Shown here one piece after another: positions 10,115 to 19,541 of a stretch of 64,000 bases of DNA (position 1 is the first letter of the stretch; every line of letters begins with the position of its first letter). A program made the translations under genes and the position numbers. This DNA is from an uncultured candidate division Zixibacteria bacterium (GTDB taxonomy: Bacteria; Zixibacteria; MSB-5A5; UBA10806): positions 1,472,001 to 1,536,000 of the forward strand of contig CAWDFP010000006.1 of assembly GCA_963801605.1 (NCBI GenBank). The letters are read 5' to 3'. The notes beneath the pieces are model-generated. The model saw only the letters and a program-made list of their open reading frames with translations, was not told the DNA's origin and made no database searches.

Positions 10115-10735
10115 ATGATGAAACGCACGATTCCAGTTGTAGTTTGTTTTATCTTCGGCATGGCGATGCTCATTCAATTTTTCGTGCCGTCCAAGTTATC
10201 GCGTTCTGTTTATAATAATATCACCGATTGGGCTCAGATCATCTTTGCCTTTGCGGTTATTGTCGGAGTCTTCGGAATTTTAAAATACCATCTTGAGAAA
10301 CTGGCTAAGAGGCCCGAGGGATGGATATTCAATTTCATAACAATTACATCGATTATAATTATGTCAATCCTCGGTTTTGCCCTGGGCCGTAAAGATGATA
10401 GTCCCTTTATGTGGGCATTTAATTATATCCAGGCTCCTATGCAGGCTTCGGTTTTTTCTCTTTTGGCGTTTTTTGTCGCCAGCGCCGCCTATCGAGGCTT
10501 CACCGCTCGAAATACCGAGGCGCTTTTGCTTCTGCTTTCGGCGGTATTTATAATGTTTGGTATCGCCTCGGTGGGCAATGCCATTCCCCTTTTTTCGAAT
10601 ATCGCCAATTGGATTTTGATGAATCCCTCGATGGCTGCCCGGCGCGGCATCTATATCGGAATTGGACTGGGTGTAATTGCGACATCGCTTCGGGTGATAC
10701 TTGGTGTCGAACGAACTTATTTGGGTAAAGAATGA
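10115..10735 (+). CDS. Uncharacterised integral membrane protein (about 6 transmembrane helices)
   Basis: Hydrophobic; 'FSLLAFFVASAAYR', 'AARRGIYIG...LRVILGVER'; abuts both neighbours. Confidence 0.8.
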   Translation: MMKRTIPVVVCFIFGMAMLIQFFVPSKLSRSVYNNITDWAQIIFAFAVIVGVFGILKYHLEKLAKRPEGWIFNFITITSIIIMSILGFALGRKDDSPFMWAFNYIQAPMQASVFSLLAFFVASAAYRGFTARNTEALLLLLSAVFIMFGIASVGNAIPLFSNIANWILMNPSMAARRGIYIGIGLGVIATSLRVILGVERTYLGKE

Positions 10736-11557
10736 ATTTCTGGCTTAAAATACGGCACCTGGATCGCCGGGTCATTTTCCTGCTCATGGCTTTGGGCGTG
10801 ACATTGCCGCTTTTGATCAATATTGATTTGCCCGTGAGAATTACTCCTGATGTCCGCTCTATTTACGACTATATAGATAGCCGCCAACCCGGCGACGTGA
10901 TATTGATTTCTTATGATCATGATACCGGTACGCTGCCGGAGATGGTCCCGATGTCAACCGCAATTTTGCGACATGCCTTTTCCAAACAGCTAAAAGTTGT
11001 CGGCCTGGCCCTTCGTGCTGAGGGTTCGGCAATCGGACGGCAGGCTTTCCGAAAAGTGGGCGCGGAATTTGGCAAAGAGGAAGGGATAGATTACGTTTTC
11101 CTCGGATACCGTCCAGAATTGACCGCCACCATACTGGGACTGGGGACCTCATTCAAGCGGGTCTTTCCTCTCGATGACCGTGGTATCCCCGTTGATAGTC
11201 TTCCCTCTGATGCAGCATGTGGAAAATTACGCCGATATCGCTCTGGTGATTTCAATTTCCGATGATGATTCGCCGGTTTACTGGATTAATTATGGCAATG
11301 CCCGATACCAGGTTCCGGTCGCCCCGGCTGTGACAGCTGTCATGGCCACCACCTTTTTCCCTTTCTTAAATTCGCATCAGGTTGTGGGCATGATCGCGGG
11401 CCTCAAAGGGGCAGCCGAATATGAAAAGCTGATAAATAAAAAAGGAATGGCAACGAGAGGTATGGATGCCCAATCGATAGGGCATATTGTCGTCATTGGT
11501 TTTATCCTGGTTGGGAATATCGCTTACTTTATCACCCGAGGAAAGAAGAAAGCTTAG
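10732..11557 (+). CDS. Uncharacterised membrane-anchored protein, split by a +1 frameshift near 11203
   Basis: PVDSL continues as PLMQHV after removing one C; 'GLKGAAEYE', 'MDAQSIGH', C-terminal transmembrane helix. Confidence 0.75.
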
Positions 11558-11560
11558 GAT

Positions 11561-12218
11561 ATGAGCACCAATATCGGAATCTGGATCGCTGCTCTTCTTA
11601 CGCTTGCCATCTATTCTTTTCTATATAAGGATAATCCAATTTATCGTTTTGCTGAAAGCCTCCTGGTCGGTATCTCGGTCGGCTTTCTGTTAGTGGTGAC
11701 TATCGATACAACCCTGATGCCTAAGGCCATAAATCCTTTGATATCGTCTTTCCGGGGAATGTTTTCTGGCGGTCCTTTTTTAGATTTTCTATTGGTATTA
11801 ATACCGGTAATTTTGGGCTTATTCATGTTTGCGCGATTTGTGCCGGGAATGGCCTGGCTGTCGCGAATTGCGCTGGCGCTGTATATCGGTTTTGGGGCCG
11901 GGGCCGCTATTCCCGCCAACATGCAATCGCTGATCTTGAAGCAAATCGAGGCCACCATCAGGCCGTTTCTGGCGATTGGTGGTTGGGTCAATGCCGTTAA
12001 CCTGATTATCATAACGCTGGGATTGATAGCCACCATAGCGTACTTCTTCTTTTCGAAAGCGCATACCGGCAATTTCGGACGAGCGGCTAAATTGGGCACA
12101 TATTTTCTGATGATCTTTTTCGGAGCCACATTCGGTTATACGGTTATGGCCCGAATTTCGCTCTTGATCGGCCGCGTGACTTTTCTGCTTAAAGGATTGG
12201 TTGGGCTTGATATCTTAG
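11561..12218 (+). CDS. Uncharacterised integral membrane protein; true end probably LLKDWLGLIS* (extra A near 12192)
   Basis: 'IYSFLYKDNPIYRFAE', 'MIFFGATFGYTVMARISLLIGR'; the uncorrected ORF runs 70 nt into the next gene. Confidence 0.72.
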
Positions 12219-12266
12219 GTTTTCGATTATTTGCAGATAGAAATTCGAATATGAGAGGGGTGCCAA

Positions 12267-14024
12267 ATGAAGAAACTGATTGTAGCTGCTCTCGCGCTTG
12301 TGCTGTTTTTGTCTTGCGGAAGTGGAAAGATGAATAACTGGCGGCAGGTTCAGCTTCCCAAAGGGTACAGCGACTCGCATATTTTATCTATTACCTCGCG
12401 GGATAACCAGATGCTCATCGGCACCTATGGTCGGGGAGCTCTGCTAAGCCGAGACAACGGCAAAAACTGGAGCGTTTTCGACACCTCCAATGGCCTATCC
12501 TGGAATTTTATCTTAGGGGGCGATTGGGATGGCGAAACAATCCTGTTGGCAACGTTGGGGGATGGTATCAATATCACTCCCAATAAGGGACTGAGCTGGT
12601 CTCGCTTCGGTTTCAATTTCTTCGGTGTTGAATATCTGTACGCCGTTGGGGCTATTATTCGCAATCATAAAAGCTATGTGCCAACCGCTGATGGCCTGGT
12701 AATCTTTGACGATATCCTGAAATGGCATTCCATCACCGAAAAAGAGGGGCTGGCCTCTCAGTATATCTATGATATCGCTATGAAAGGGGATACCATCGCA
12801 CTCGGCACTCTGCATGGCTTCTCAGTCTCTTATGATGATGCCAAAACCTGGCATAATTTTTCCCCCAATGGAAAATTGACATCGGATAATCTGCCGGCCT
12901 GCAAGGTTCGGGCCGTGGAGTTCGATAATGGGAATCTTTACGCCGGTTGCGATGATGGCCTTTATTTATCATCCGATCAGGGCAATTCCTGGAGCAGGCT
13001 TGGAAAAGATTCGCTCTCCAGCGATTTTATCCATGATCTGATATTCGATAAAAATGGCGCCCTTTGGATCGCCACATATAAGGAAATCGCCTGCTATCAT
13101 CCGGATACGAAAACCTGGCAACTATTCGGTTCCGCTGACGGGTTGCCTGGCGGAAGCATCAACTGCCTGGGCCTCGATGGTTCTGGAAGAGTTCTCGCCG
13201 GGACCAACTACGGGCTTTATCGCCTGTCAGCCGGGAATGTCCATAAATCGAGTGAACTTCCTGTTGACGTGGTATTCGCGCAGGTCGAGGAGCCGTTGCA
13301 TCAGTGGATGCTCCGACCTATCGGACCATCCGATCAGAATTGCCGTGACCAAACCTATCTTTATGGTTCAACTATGGGCGGCAATTTCCGTCAGCATCAG
13401 GGCAACGAGTACAACGACCCCGAAGGTGTTCCCACGTTGGCCGTTGACGATGGAACTATTGTTTTTACTGATACCACGATAGGACACGCCGTGCTGAAAT
13501 GCGACCGGAAGCAGGATGGAGCTGATATCTTCGCCCATTATCATCATCAGCATCAGATCATCCGTAAAGTCGGAGAGCATGTTATCCGCGGCGAGCAGAT
13601 CGGAACCGTCGGCAAAAAAGGGAATGTCACTAACGAGCATTTACATTTCGAGGTTGCCTATACAGAGATCGGTTCCCAGATAGATTCCGGCGCCACTCAA
13701 ACCAGAAATTCGGAGCTTTGGATCGAGCCGCTCCCGGGATGTGGTACCATAGTGGGCATTCTACTTGATTCGTTGAATATGCCCGTAGGCGGAGCCAGGA
13801 TTTACGGCCTGACAAAGCCTATCCCCTCCGAAACGCCGTTCTCCTTTGCTGAAACGTATAAGGATAAAGTGCATCCGGATAACGTTTACAAAGAGAATTT
13901 CGCTATCGGCGATGTGCCCGCTGGCGATTATGTCCTCTATACTGAGGTAAACAAATTAAAGTCGAGGATTAAGGTTCATGTCGAACCGGGCAAAATAACC
14001 CCGGTGATGATGCAACTGAAATAA
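12267..14024 (+). CDS. Lipoprotein: beta-propeller repeats, M23-family peptidase domain and C-terminal Ig-like domain
   Basis: Lipobox 'FLSC', BNR-like 'SRDNGKNW' and 'SSDQGNSW' repeats, M23-like 'HQGNE', 'GEQIGTVG', 'EHLHFEV'. Confidence 0.8.
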   Translation: MKKLIVAALALVLFLSCGSGKMNNWRQVQLPKGYSDSHILSITSRDNQMLIGTYGRGALLSRDNGKNWSVFDTSNGLSWNFILGGDWDGETILLATLGDGINITPNKGLSWSRFGFNFFGVEYLYAVGAIIRNHKSYVPTADGLVIFDDILKWHSITEKEGLASQYIYDIAMKGDTIALGTLHGFSVSYDDAKTWHNFSPNGKLTSDNLPACKVRAVEFDNGNLYAGCDDGLYLSSDQGNSWSRLGKDSLSSDFIHDLIFDKNGALWIATYKEIACYHPDTKTWQLFGSADGLPGGSINCLGLDGSGRVLAGTNYGLYRLSAGNVHKSSELPVDVVFAQVEEPLHQWMLRPIGPSDQNCRDQTYLYGSTMGGNFRQHQGNEYNDPEGVPTLAVDDGTIVFTDTTIGHAVLKCDRKQDGADIFAHYHHQHQIIRKVGEHVIRGEQIGTVGKKGNVTNEHLHFEVAYTEIGSQIDSGATQTRNSELWIEPLPGCGTIVGILLDSLNMPVGGARIYGLTKPIPSETPFSFAETYKDKVHPDNVYKENFAIGDVPAGDYVLYTEVNKLKSRIKVHVEPGKITPVMMQLK

Positions 14025-14059
14025 ATTTGTCAGTGCCAGCAAGCGAAGTGGGCGAAGCA

Positions 14060-14117
14060 CTCCCCCCGACTTGTCCGCCGTGGCGGATTAATCGTCTCTT
14101 AATCTTCGAGGGGGGAA
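14060..14117. repeat. Nested inverted repeats: C-run/G-run stem enclosing a TCCGCC-GT-GGCGGA hairpin
   Basis: TCCCCCCGA (14061) pairs with TCGAGGGGGGA (14106); inner palindrome at 14074-14087. Confidence 0.6.
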
Positions 14118-14192
14118 CTCAGCTAATAGAGAGGAGATTGCTTAATCATTTTGACTCATGCTGTTTCGCCATAACCGTATTTTGATTAGAAA

Positions 14193-14321
14193 ATGTATTG
14201 CCGTAAGTGCCATAAAAAGATGCGCGAGGAAAAACGATCCTTTCATAAAAAGCGCAAATGGATTTGTCAGTTTTGCGGCGCGGTCAGGTTTCAGGAGTTG
14301 AAATCCAGTGGCAAAAAGTAA
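14193..14321 (+). CDS. 42-aa basic zinc-ribbon small protein (absent from the ORF track)
   Basis: MYCRKCHKKMREEKRSFHKKRKWICQFCGAVRFQELKSSGKK has two CxxC motifs and overlaps the DUF72 start. Confidence 0.7.
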   Translation: MYCRKCHKKMREEKRSFHKKRKWICQFCGAVRFQELKSSGKK

Positions 14322-15096
14322 TCTTTTAATCGGCACTTCGGGCTATTCGTTCGATGATTGGGAGGGTGTCTTTTATCCTCCCGGTTTGCCCAAGGGTAAA
14401 CGGCTCGATTTCTATAAAGATTATTTTCCCGTTACTGAAATCAATTCCACTTACTACCGCATTCCGCATGCGGCGGTTTTTTATCACCTGGCTAACAAAG
14501 TGGGTGAGGATTTCGAGTTTATGGTCAAAACTCATCGCAGCTTCACCCACGACAGAAAAGACCTCGATGACAATGGCAAGGTATTCAACGAGGCCGTCAA
14601 GCCGCTTTTGGAATCGGGCAAGCTAAAAGGATTTACTGCCCAATTTCCGTTTAGCTTTAAATATACGCCCGATAATCTCGGTTATATTATTCAGGGCCAA
14701 TCCTATTTTAAGGATGCGCCTCTGTTTGTCGAATTTCGTCACGTTAGCTGGGATAAACCGGAGGTGTACGAAACCCTCAAAGCCAATGGCATCGGAGTGT
14801 GCTCCGTGGATGAGCCGGCGCTTCCCGGGCTGTTTCCCTCTAAGGCGATTGCCACAACCGATATTGGTTATATCCGCTTGCATGGGCGAAACGCCGCTAA
14901 CTGGTGGGGCGAAGGCGGAGATCGATACGATTATCTCTATTCAGAAAAAGAGCTTAATGAGTGGAAAAATAAAATTGAGGACTTGAAAACTAAAACTAAT
15001 AAGATATATTTGTTTTTTAACAACTGTCATCTGGGGCAGGCGGTCAGAAATGCCAGGATGTTTTTTGATCTTTTGCAAATGGAACTTGGAAAATGA
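14308..15096 (+). CDS. DUF72 (YecE/YunF-like) protein
   Basis: 'IGTSGYS...W.GVFYP', 'EINSTYY', 'VEFRH.SW', 'YIRLHG', 'YDYLYS', 'FFNN'. Confidence 0.93.
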   Translation: MAKSNLLIGTSGYSFDDWEGVFYPPGLPKGKRLDFYKDYFPVTEINSTYYRIPHAAVFYHLANKVGEDFEFMVKTHRSFTHDRKDLDDNGKVFNEAVKPLLESGKLKGFTAQFPFSFKYTPDNLGYIIQGQSYFKDAPLFVEFRHVSWDKPEVYETLKANGIGVCSVDEPALPGLFPSKAIATTDIGYIRLHGRNAANWWGEGGDRYDYLYSEKELNEWKNKIEDLKTKTNKIYLFFNNCHLGQAVRNARMFFDLLQMELGK

Positions 15097-16034
15097 AAAA
15101 AATTTGGAATAAAGCCTTAGTCGTTTTCATTATTGTCTTAGCCGTCTCCGCAGGAGTCGCGGCCCTGATAACCACCAAACCGGATATTCCGGGAGTGGCA
15201 TCCTCTCAGAAGGGGAAAGGCGCCTTAAAACCATTTCAGCTCGTTAAGGACGAAAAAGTTATTCGTCCCGCTCCCAAAATCCGAACTCAGTCGGCCATTG
15301 TTGTCGATCTTAATTCCGGCAATATCATCTTAAGCAAAAACGAGGAAAGCATCCGATCTATCGCCAGCCTCACCAAACTTGCGACGGCCCTGGTTTACTT
15401 GAGCACCAAACCCGATATGCAAAAGATCGATACCGTTACGGCTCAAGATCGCAACGGCGCCGGACGAAGCCGTTTGCGATTGAAATCCCAGGCCAGGCTT
15501 TACGACATCTTTCATTTAATGCTTATTTGCTCCGATAATGTCGCGGCGCGCATCGTCGCCCGATCAACCGGTCTCGATAGCACCCAGTTTGTGGCTCGGA
15601 TGAATAAGATGGCGCAAATTCTAAATTTGACTCATACCCACTTTGCTGACCCGACCGGTCTTGATGCTGGTAACGTTTCAACCGCTGCAGAAATTGCTAT
15701 TTTATTTAAGACTGCATTAGATCAGCCGTTCATTTCGGACGTGGTTGCCAAAAAGGAATATTCATTTTATCCTGTCAAAGGCAAGCGAATGATCGCCATT
15801 CATAACACCAATCACATGCTGTATGGACGGCAGGATATTTTCGGCGGTAAGACCGGATTCATAAATGAATCGGGTTATTGTCTCGCTCTGGGAATTGAAA
15901 ACGGCGATGGTAAAAAAATGGCTGCGGTACTACTCGGAGCGCCGTCGAGCGGCAGTCGCTTCAGAGATGCGGCTCGAATAATTGCCTGTCTGGCGCCGCC
16001 GAAAGTCACTAAACCCCGGCGCGCTTCGTTTTAA
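15093..16034 (+). CDS. Peptidase S11 D-Ala-D-Ala carboxy/endopeptidase (PBP7-like)
   Basis: SxxK 'ASLTK', SxN 'SDN', 'GKTG', 'DPTGL'. Confidence 0.92.
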   Translation: MKKIWNKALVVFIIVLAVSAGVAALITTKPDIPGVASSQKGKGALKPFQLVKDEKVIRPAPKIRTQSAIVVDLNSGNIILSKNEESIRSIASLTKLATALVYLSTKPDMQKIDTVTAQDRNGAGRSRLRLKSQARLYDIFHLMLICSDNVAARIVARSTGLDSTQFVARMNKMAQILNLTHTHFADPTGLDAGNVSTAAEIAILFKTALDQPFISDVVAKKEYSFYPVKGKRMIAIHNTNHMLYGRQDIFGGKTGFINESGYCLALGIENGDGKKMAAVLLGAPSSGSRFRDAARIIACLAPPKVTKPRRASF

Positions 16035-16053
16035 TTTCGCTGATTATCTATGC

Positions 16054-16081
16054 TTGACAAGTGCTTTTCGAAATATATATT
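16054..16081 (+). promoter_or_regulatory. Promoter for tRNA-Thr/Tyr
   Basis: TTGACA-16 nt-TATATT followed by a GC-rich discriminator. Confidence 0.65.
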
Positions 16082-16131
16082 CCCCTTGGCTCTGGCCTGT
16101 AGGGGGGCCAATGTGCTCTTTGAAAATTTAG

Positions 16132-16204
16132 GCCGGAGTAGCTCAGTTGGTAGAGCAGCTGATTTGTAATCAGCAGGTCGGGGGTTCAAGCCCCTTCTCC
16201 GGCT
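16132..16204 (+). tRNA. tRNA-Thr(TGT)
   Basis: Acceptor GCCGGAG/CTCCGGC; anticodon arm GCTGA-TTTGTAA-TCAGC; T arm GGTTCAAG. Confidence 0.96.
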
Positions 16205-16217
16205 CATAAATATTCTT

Positions 16218-16299
16218 GGTGGGGTTCCCGAGTGGTCAAAGGGAACAGACTGTAAATCTGTCGGCGACGCCTTCGGAGGTCCGAATCCTCCCCCCACCA
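16218..16299 (+). tRNA. tRNA-Tyr(GTA)
   Basis: Acceptor GGTGGGG/CCCCACC; ACAGA-CTGTAAA-TCTGT; long variable arm; T-loop reads TCCGAAT. Confidence 0.94.
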
Positions 16300-16339
16300 T
16301 TTTTTTATTTCTGCAAAAACCTTTTATCGGGTTTCGAAT

Positions 16340-16664
16340 ATGACAGCAAAGAAATTTCTTCATCATCCATTCAAAGGGCCTTACTGATAAAGCCAACGAA
16401 CTGGCAGGCAGGCTTCGCGCTGACGGCCATGAAGTTTATGTGCCCGGAATCCAAACCAAGCAGGACACCGATGAGCTCACCATCTGCACCGCCAATCGCG
16501 AGGCAATGAGCCGCGCTGATGAGGTTCGCGTCATTTGGGATGGCACCTCGCATGGCGTGATTTTCGATTTGGGTATGGCCTTTGCCATGAACAGACCGAT
16601 CAAGCTCGAATATGTAATCCCCAAATCGATGAAGGGATTGATGGAACGCTTAAGCGGTGAATAA
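16340..16664 (+). CDS. Nucleoside 2-deoxyribosyltransferase-like small protein (+1 frameshift near 16355)
   Basis: MTAKKF joins FIIHSKG...LRADGHEVYVP...NREAMSRADEVRVIWDGTSHGVIFDLGMAFAMNRPI, matching the NDT-like pattern. Confidence 0.6.
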
Positions 16665-16679
16665 TAGCCAGGAGCAATT

Positions 16680-17063
16680 ATGAAACGATTACTTGTTGAT
16701 AAAATTCGCAATGCATCGACGGCATTCATGTTTTCGATTGTGGCGGCATTAATAATTGTTTCCTTATTTAATTGCAGTGATAAAAAGATTATTACTGAAA
16801 CTCCGCCCGGTATACTATTTGGGATCGTTACTGACAGCGTCACTTCGGCGCCCATTGAAAGCGCCGCCGTTTATCCTTATAATATCAACTCCGTGCCCAA
16901 ATATACCGATAGCACCGGCTATTATGCTTTTCCGCTGACACCCGTAAACGGAGTCAATGTCACTTGTTTGAAGCCCGGCTATATTGGCAAATCTTCTCTG
17001 TGCAATATCGTCTCTGCCGAATCGACACGCGTTGATTTTCAAATTGCGCCAATTTCTAAATAA
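16680..17063 (+). CDS. Putative lipoprotein with a carboxypeptidase-regulatory-like beta-sandwich
   Basis: GGAG ribosome-binding site, hydrophobic stretch ending 'LFNC', 'GIVTDSVTSAPIESA', 'TDSTGYY', 'KPGY'. Confidence 0.7.
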   Translation: MKRLLVDKIRNASTAFMFSIVAALIIVSLFNCSDKKIITETPPGILFGIVTDSVTSAPIESAAVYPYNINSVPKYTDSTGYYAFPLTPVNGVNVTCLKPGYIGKSSLCNIVSAESTRVDFQIAPISK

Positions 17064-17183
17064 GATTCTCTTAATTATTATCTCCAATAATTTTTCTCTG
17101 CCTGACAAACTAATTATTAAAATTGTAAACGTCTTTTTCCGTCTTGACATCCGGGCCATTGAGAACTTAATTAGAGCGAAAAC

Positions 17184-17257
17184 GCGGGAGTAACTCAGTT
17201 GGCTAGAGTCACAGCCTTCCAAGCTGTTGGTCGCGGGTTCGAACCCCGTCTCCCGCT
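17184..17257 (+). tRNA. tRNA-Gly(TCC)
   Basis: Acceptor GCGGGAG/CTCCCGC; ACAGC-CTTCCAA-GCTGT; GGTTCGAAC. Confidence 0.96.
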
Positions 17258-17280
17258 TTTAAAATCTACAGAAAATTTAA

Positions 17281-17535
17281 ATGCCATTCTACGTTTACAT
17301 TTTATTTAGTCAAAAAGATAACAACCTTTATATTGGCCAAACCGGAAATCTGCCCGGGCGGCTCAAAGCGCATAATGAGGGACATGTATCTTCTACTAAG
17401 AATAGAAGGCCGCTAAAGTTGGTTTATTGCGAGGAGTTTGAAACCAGAACGGAAGCTATAAAACAAGAACACCATCTTAAAAGCCCATCCGCGAGAGATT
17501 TCAAACGAGATCTGAGGAGCAACTCAGTTGGCTAG
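17281..17535 (+). CDS. Stand-alone GIY-YIG nuclease (UPF0213-like)
   Basis: 'FYVYIL...LYIGQT...RLKAHN...RPLKLVYCE...AIKQE..LK'. Confidence 0.92.
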   Translation: MPFYVYILFSQKDNNLYIGQTGNLPGRLKAHNEGHVSSTKNRRPLKLVYCEEFETRTEAIKQEHHLKSPSARDFKRDLRSNSVG

Positions 17536-17603
17536 AGTCATCCATCTGGATTGGTCGCGGGCCCATTTTGGGTCTTGAGATTCGAACCCCGTCTCCCGCT
17601 TTT
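17516..17603 (+). pseudogene. Degenerate tRNA-Gly copy with the anticodon arm replaced and a 19-nt insertion in the T arm
   Basis: Shares AACTCAGTTGGCTAGAGTCA, TTGGTCGCGGG and the 23-nt TTCGAACCCCGTCTCCCGCTTTT with the tRNA-Gly locus at 17184-17260. Confidence 0.88.
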
Positions 17604-17847
17604 TTATATACAAGAGCAATTTTACTTCAAGCGTACCAAAAGGGTGTTATTAATGACCATAAAAGAAACTCTTGGTGTTTGGTCATATTAAATTGCTTAA
17701 AAATACAGAAAATTTAGTGAATTTATATCAGGGCTAAATTGGCGATTTGATACGGCTTTTGCAAGAACCGGAACGCCAGTGGTTTACAAGCTAAAGCAAG
17801 CACTCTGCCAAAACCTAAAAAATTTAAAATAAAATCCAAAATTCCCC

Positions 17848-17875
17848 TTGACTTGGATTTTGGTATTTCTATATT
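17848..17875 (+). promoter_or_regulatory. Promoter for tRNA-Thr-tuf
   Basis: TTGACT-16 nt-TATATT with an AT-rich upstream element. Confidence 0.6.
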
Positions 17876-17936
17876 GCAAGTTTGTTATTTTAAGGGAGTT
17901 ATCCCTTGTTAAGCTATTGGGGTGGCAATCCAAAAT

Positions 17937-18009
<73 letters not shown>

Positions 18010-18060
18010 TGTTAATGAAAAACATTTTATTTTTTTCGATTTTTACGGAGAGGACATTCG

Positions 18061-19272
18061 ATGGCCAAGCAGAAATTTGACAGGACCAAGCCGCACGTGA
18101 ACGTGGGGACGATCGGGCATGTGGATCATGGGAAGACCACATTAACGGCGGCCATCACGATGGTCTTGAATCGGAAGTTCAAGGGCGTAGCGGTCAGGGA
18201 CTTTGACAGTATTGACAACGCCCCTGAGGAGAAGGAACGCGGGATAACGATCGCGACGGCCCATGTGGAGTATGAGACTGACAAGCGGCACTATGCCCAC
18301 GTGGATTGTCCGGGGCACGCTGACTACATCAAGAACATGATCACGGGCGCAGCCCAGATGGACGGGGCTATTTTGGTGGTCTCAGCCGCCGATGGACCGA
18401 TGCCGCAGACCAGAGAGCATATCATCCTGGCTCGTCAGGTGGGAGTGCCGTATATCATCGTCTACATGAACAAGGTAGACATGGTAGACGACCCCGAGCT
18501 TCTGGACCTGGTGGAATTAGAGGTTCGTGATCTGCTGACTAAGAACGAATTCCCTGGGGACGATATCCCGGTAATTCGTGGTAGTGCGCTTCAGGCCATG
18601 ACCAAGGGAGTTGACGCCAACGTGAAGATGGACGCTCCGGAGTTTAAGTCGATTTTGGAACTTATGGAAGCAGTAGATTCCTATATCCCCGAGCCGGTTC
18701 GCGATACGGAGAAGCCGTTTTTGATGCCGGTGGAGGATGTGTTTTCGATAACGGGCCGCGGGACAGTGGGCACGGGCCGGGTGGAACGAGGCAAGGTGAA
18801 GGTAGGCGAGGAGATGGAGATCGTGGGGATCAAGCCGACTCGCAAGACGGTAGTGACGGGTGTGGAGATGTTCCGCAAGCTTCTGGACTACGCGCAGGCT
18901 GGTGACAACATTGGTTTGTTGCTTCGCGGCGTGGATAAGGAGGAGTTGGAGCGCGGGATGGTGATATCGAAACCAGGCAGCATCACACCGCATACGAAGT
19001 TTAAGGGGAACGTTTATATATTGAAGAAAGAGGAGGGTGGTCGTCACACGCCATTCTTCAACGGTTATCGTCCGCAGTTTTATTTTAGGACGACGGACGT
19101 GACGGGTATAGTGAATTTACCGAAGGACGTGGAGATGGTGATGCCGGGGGACAGTGTGACCGTAGATTGTGAGTTGATCGTACCGATAGCCATGGAGAAG
19201 GAGCTGCGTTTCGCGATTCGCGAGGGCGGCCATACCGTGGGCGCCGGCGTCGTAACCGAGATTGTAGAATAG
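18061..19272 (+). CDS. tuf: Elongation factor Tu, copy 1
   Basis: 'GHVDHGKTT', 'DCPGHADY', 'NKVD', 'FAIREGG'. Confidence 0.99.
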   Translation: MAKQKFDRTKPHVNVGTIGHVDHGKTTLTAAITMVLNRKFKGVAVRDFDSIDNAPEEKERGITIATAHVEYETDKRHYAHVDCPGHADYIKNMITGAAQMDGAILVVSAADGPMPQTREHIILARQVGVPYIIVYMNKVDMVDDPELLDLVELEVRDLLTKNEFPGDDIPVIRGSALQAMTKGVDANVKMDAPEFKSILELMEAVDSYIPEPVRDTEKPFLMPVEDVFSITGRGTVGTGRVERGKVKVGEEMEIVGIKPTRKTVVTGVEMFRKLLDYAQAGDNIGLLLRGVDKEELERGMVISKPGSITPHTKFKGNVYILKKEEGGRHTPFFNGYRPQFYFRTTDVTGIVNLPKDVEMVMPGDSVTVDCELIVPIAMEKELRFAIREGGHTVGAGVVTEIVE

Positions 19273-19282
19273 GGGTCTTTTT

Positions 19283-19435
19283 ATGCCGCGTGAGATCATA
19301 ATTCTGGCTTGCACCGAATGTAAGCGTCAAAATTATACAGATACAAAAAATAAGAAAAAACACTCTGATCGAGTTGAGTACAAAAAATATTGCAAATTCT
19401 GTGATAAACATACTCCTCATAAAGAGACCAGGTAA
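19283..19435 (+). CDS. rpmG: 50S ribosomal protein L33, zinc-binding type (absent from the ORF track)
   Basis: [18 protein letters not shown]...[17 protein letters not shown]. Confidence 0.96.
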   Translation: MPREIIILACTECKRQNYTDTKNKKKHSDRVEYKKYCKFCDKHTPHKETR

Positions 19436-19443
19436 GAAAATAT

Positions 19444-19516
<73 letters not shown>

Positions 19517-19541
19517 CTTAATCAAATAAAGGGAACAGAGC

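Noticed and set aside
16275..16291. Non-canonical T-loop (TCCGAAT) in tRNA-Tyr
   Set aside because: A single-base deviation in an error-prone consensus; it cannot be told apart from a miscall
16031..16509. ORFs overlapping the tRNA genes, and the many antisense ORFs over ribosomal genes
   Set aside because: Shadow frames of real genes with no recognisable motifs or start signals
17238..17603. Prophage or integrative-element attL/attR pair
   Set aside because: Only about 340 nt apart, no integrase, and the 5' half of the tRNA is also duplicated
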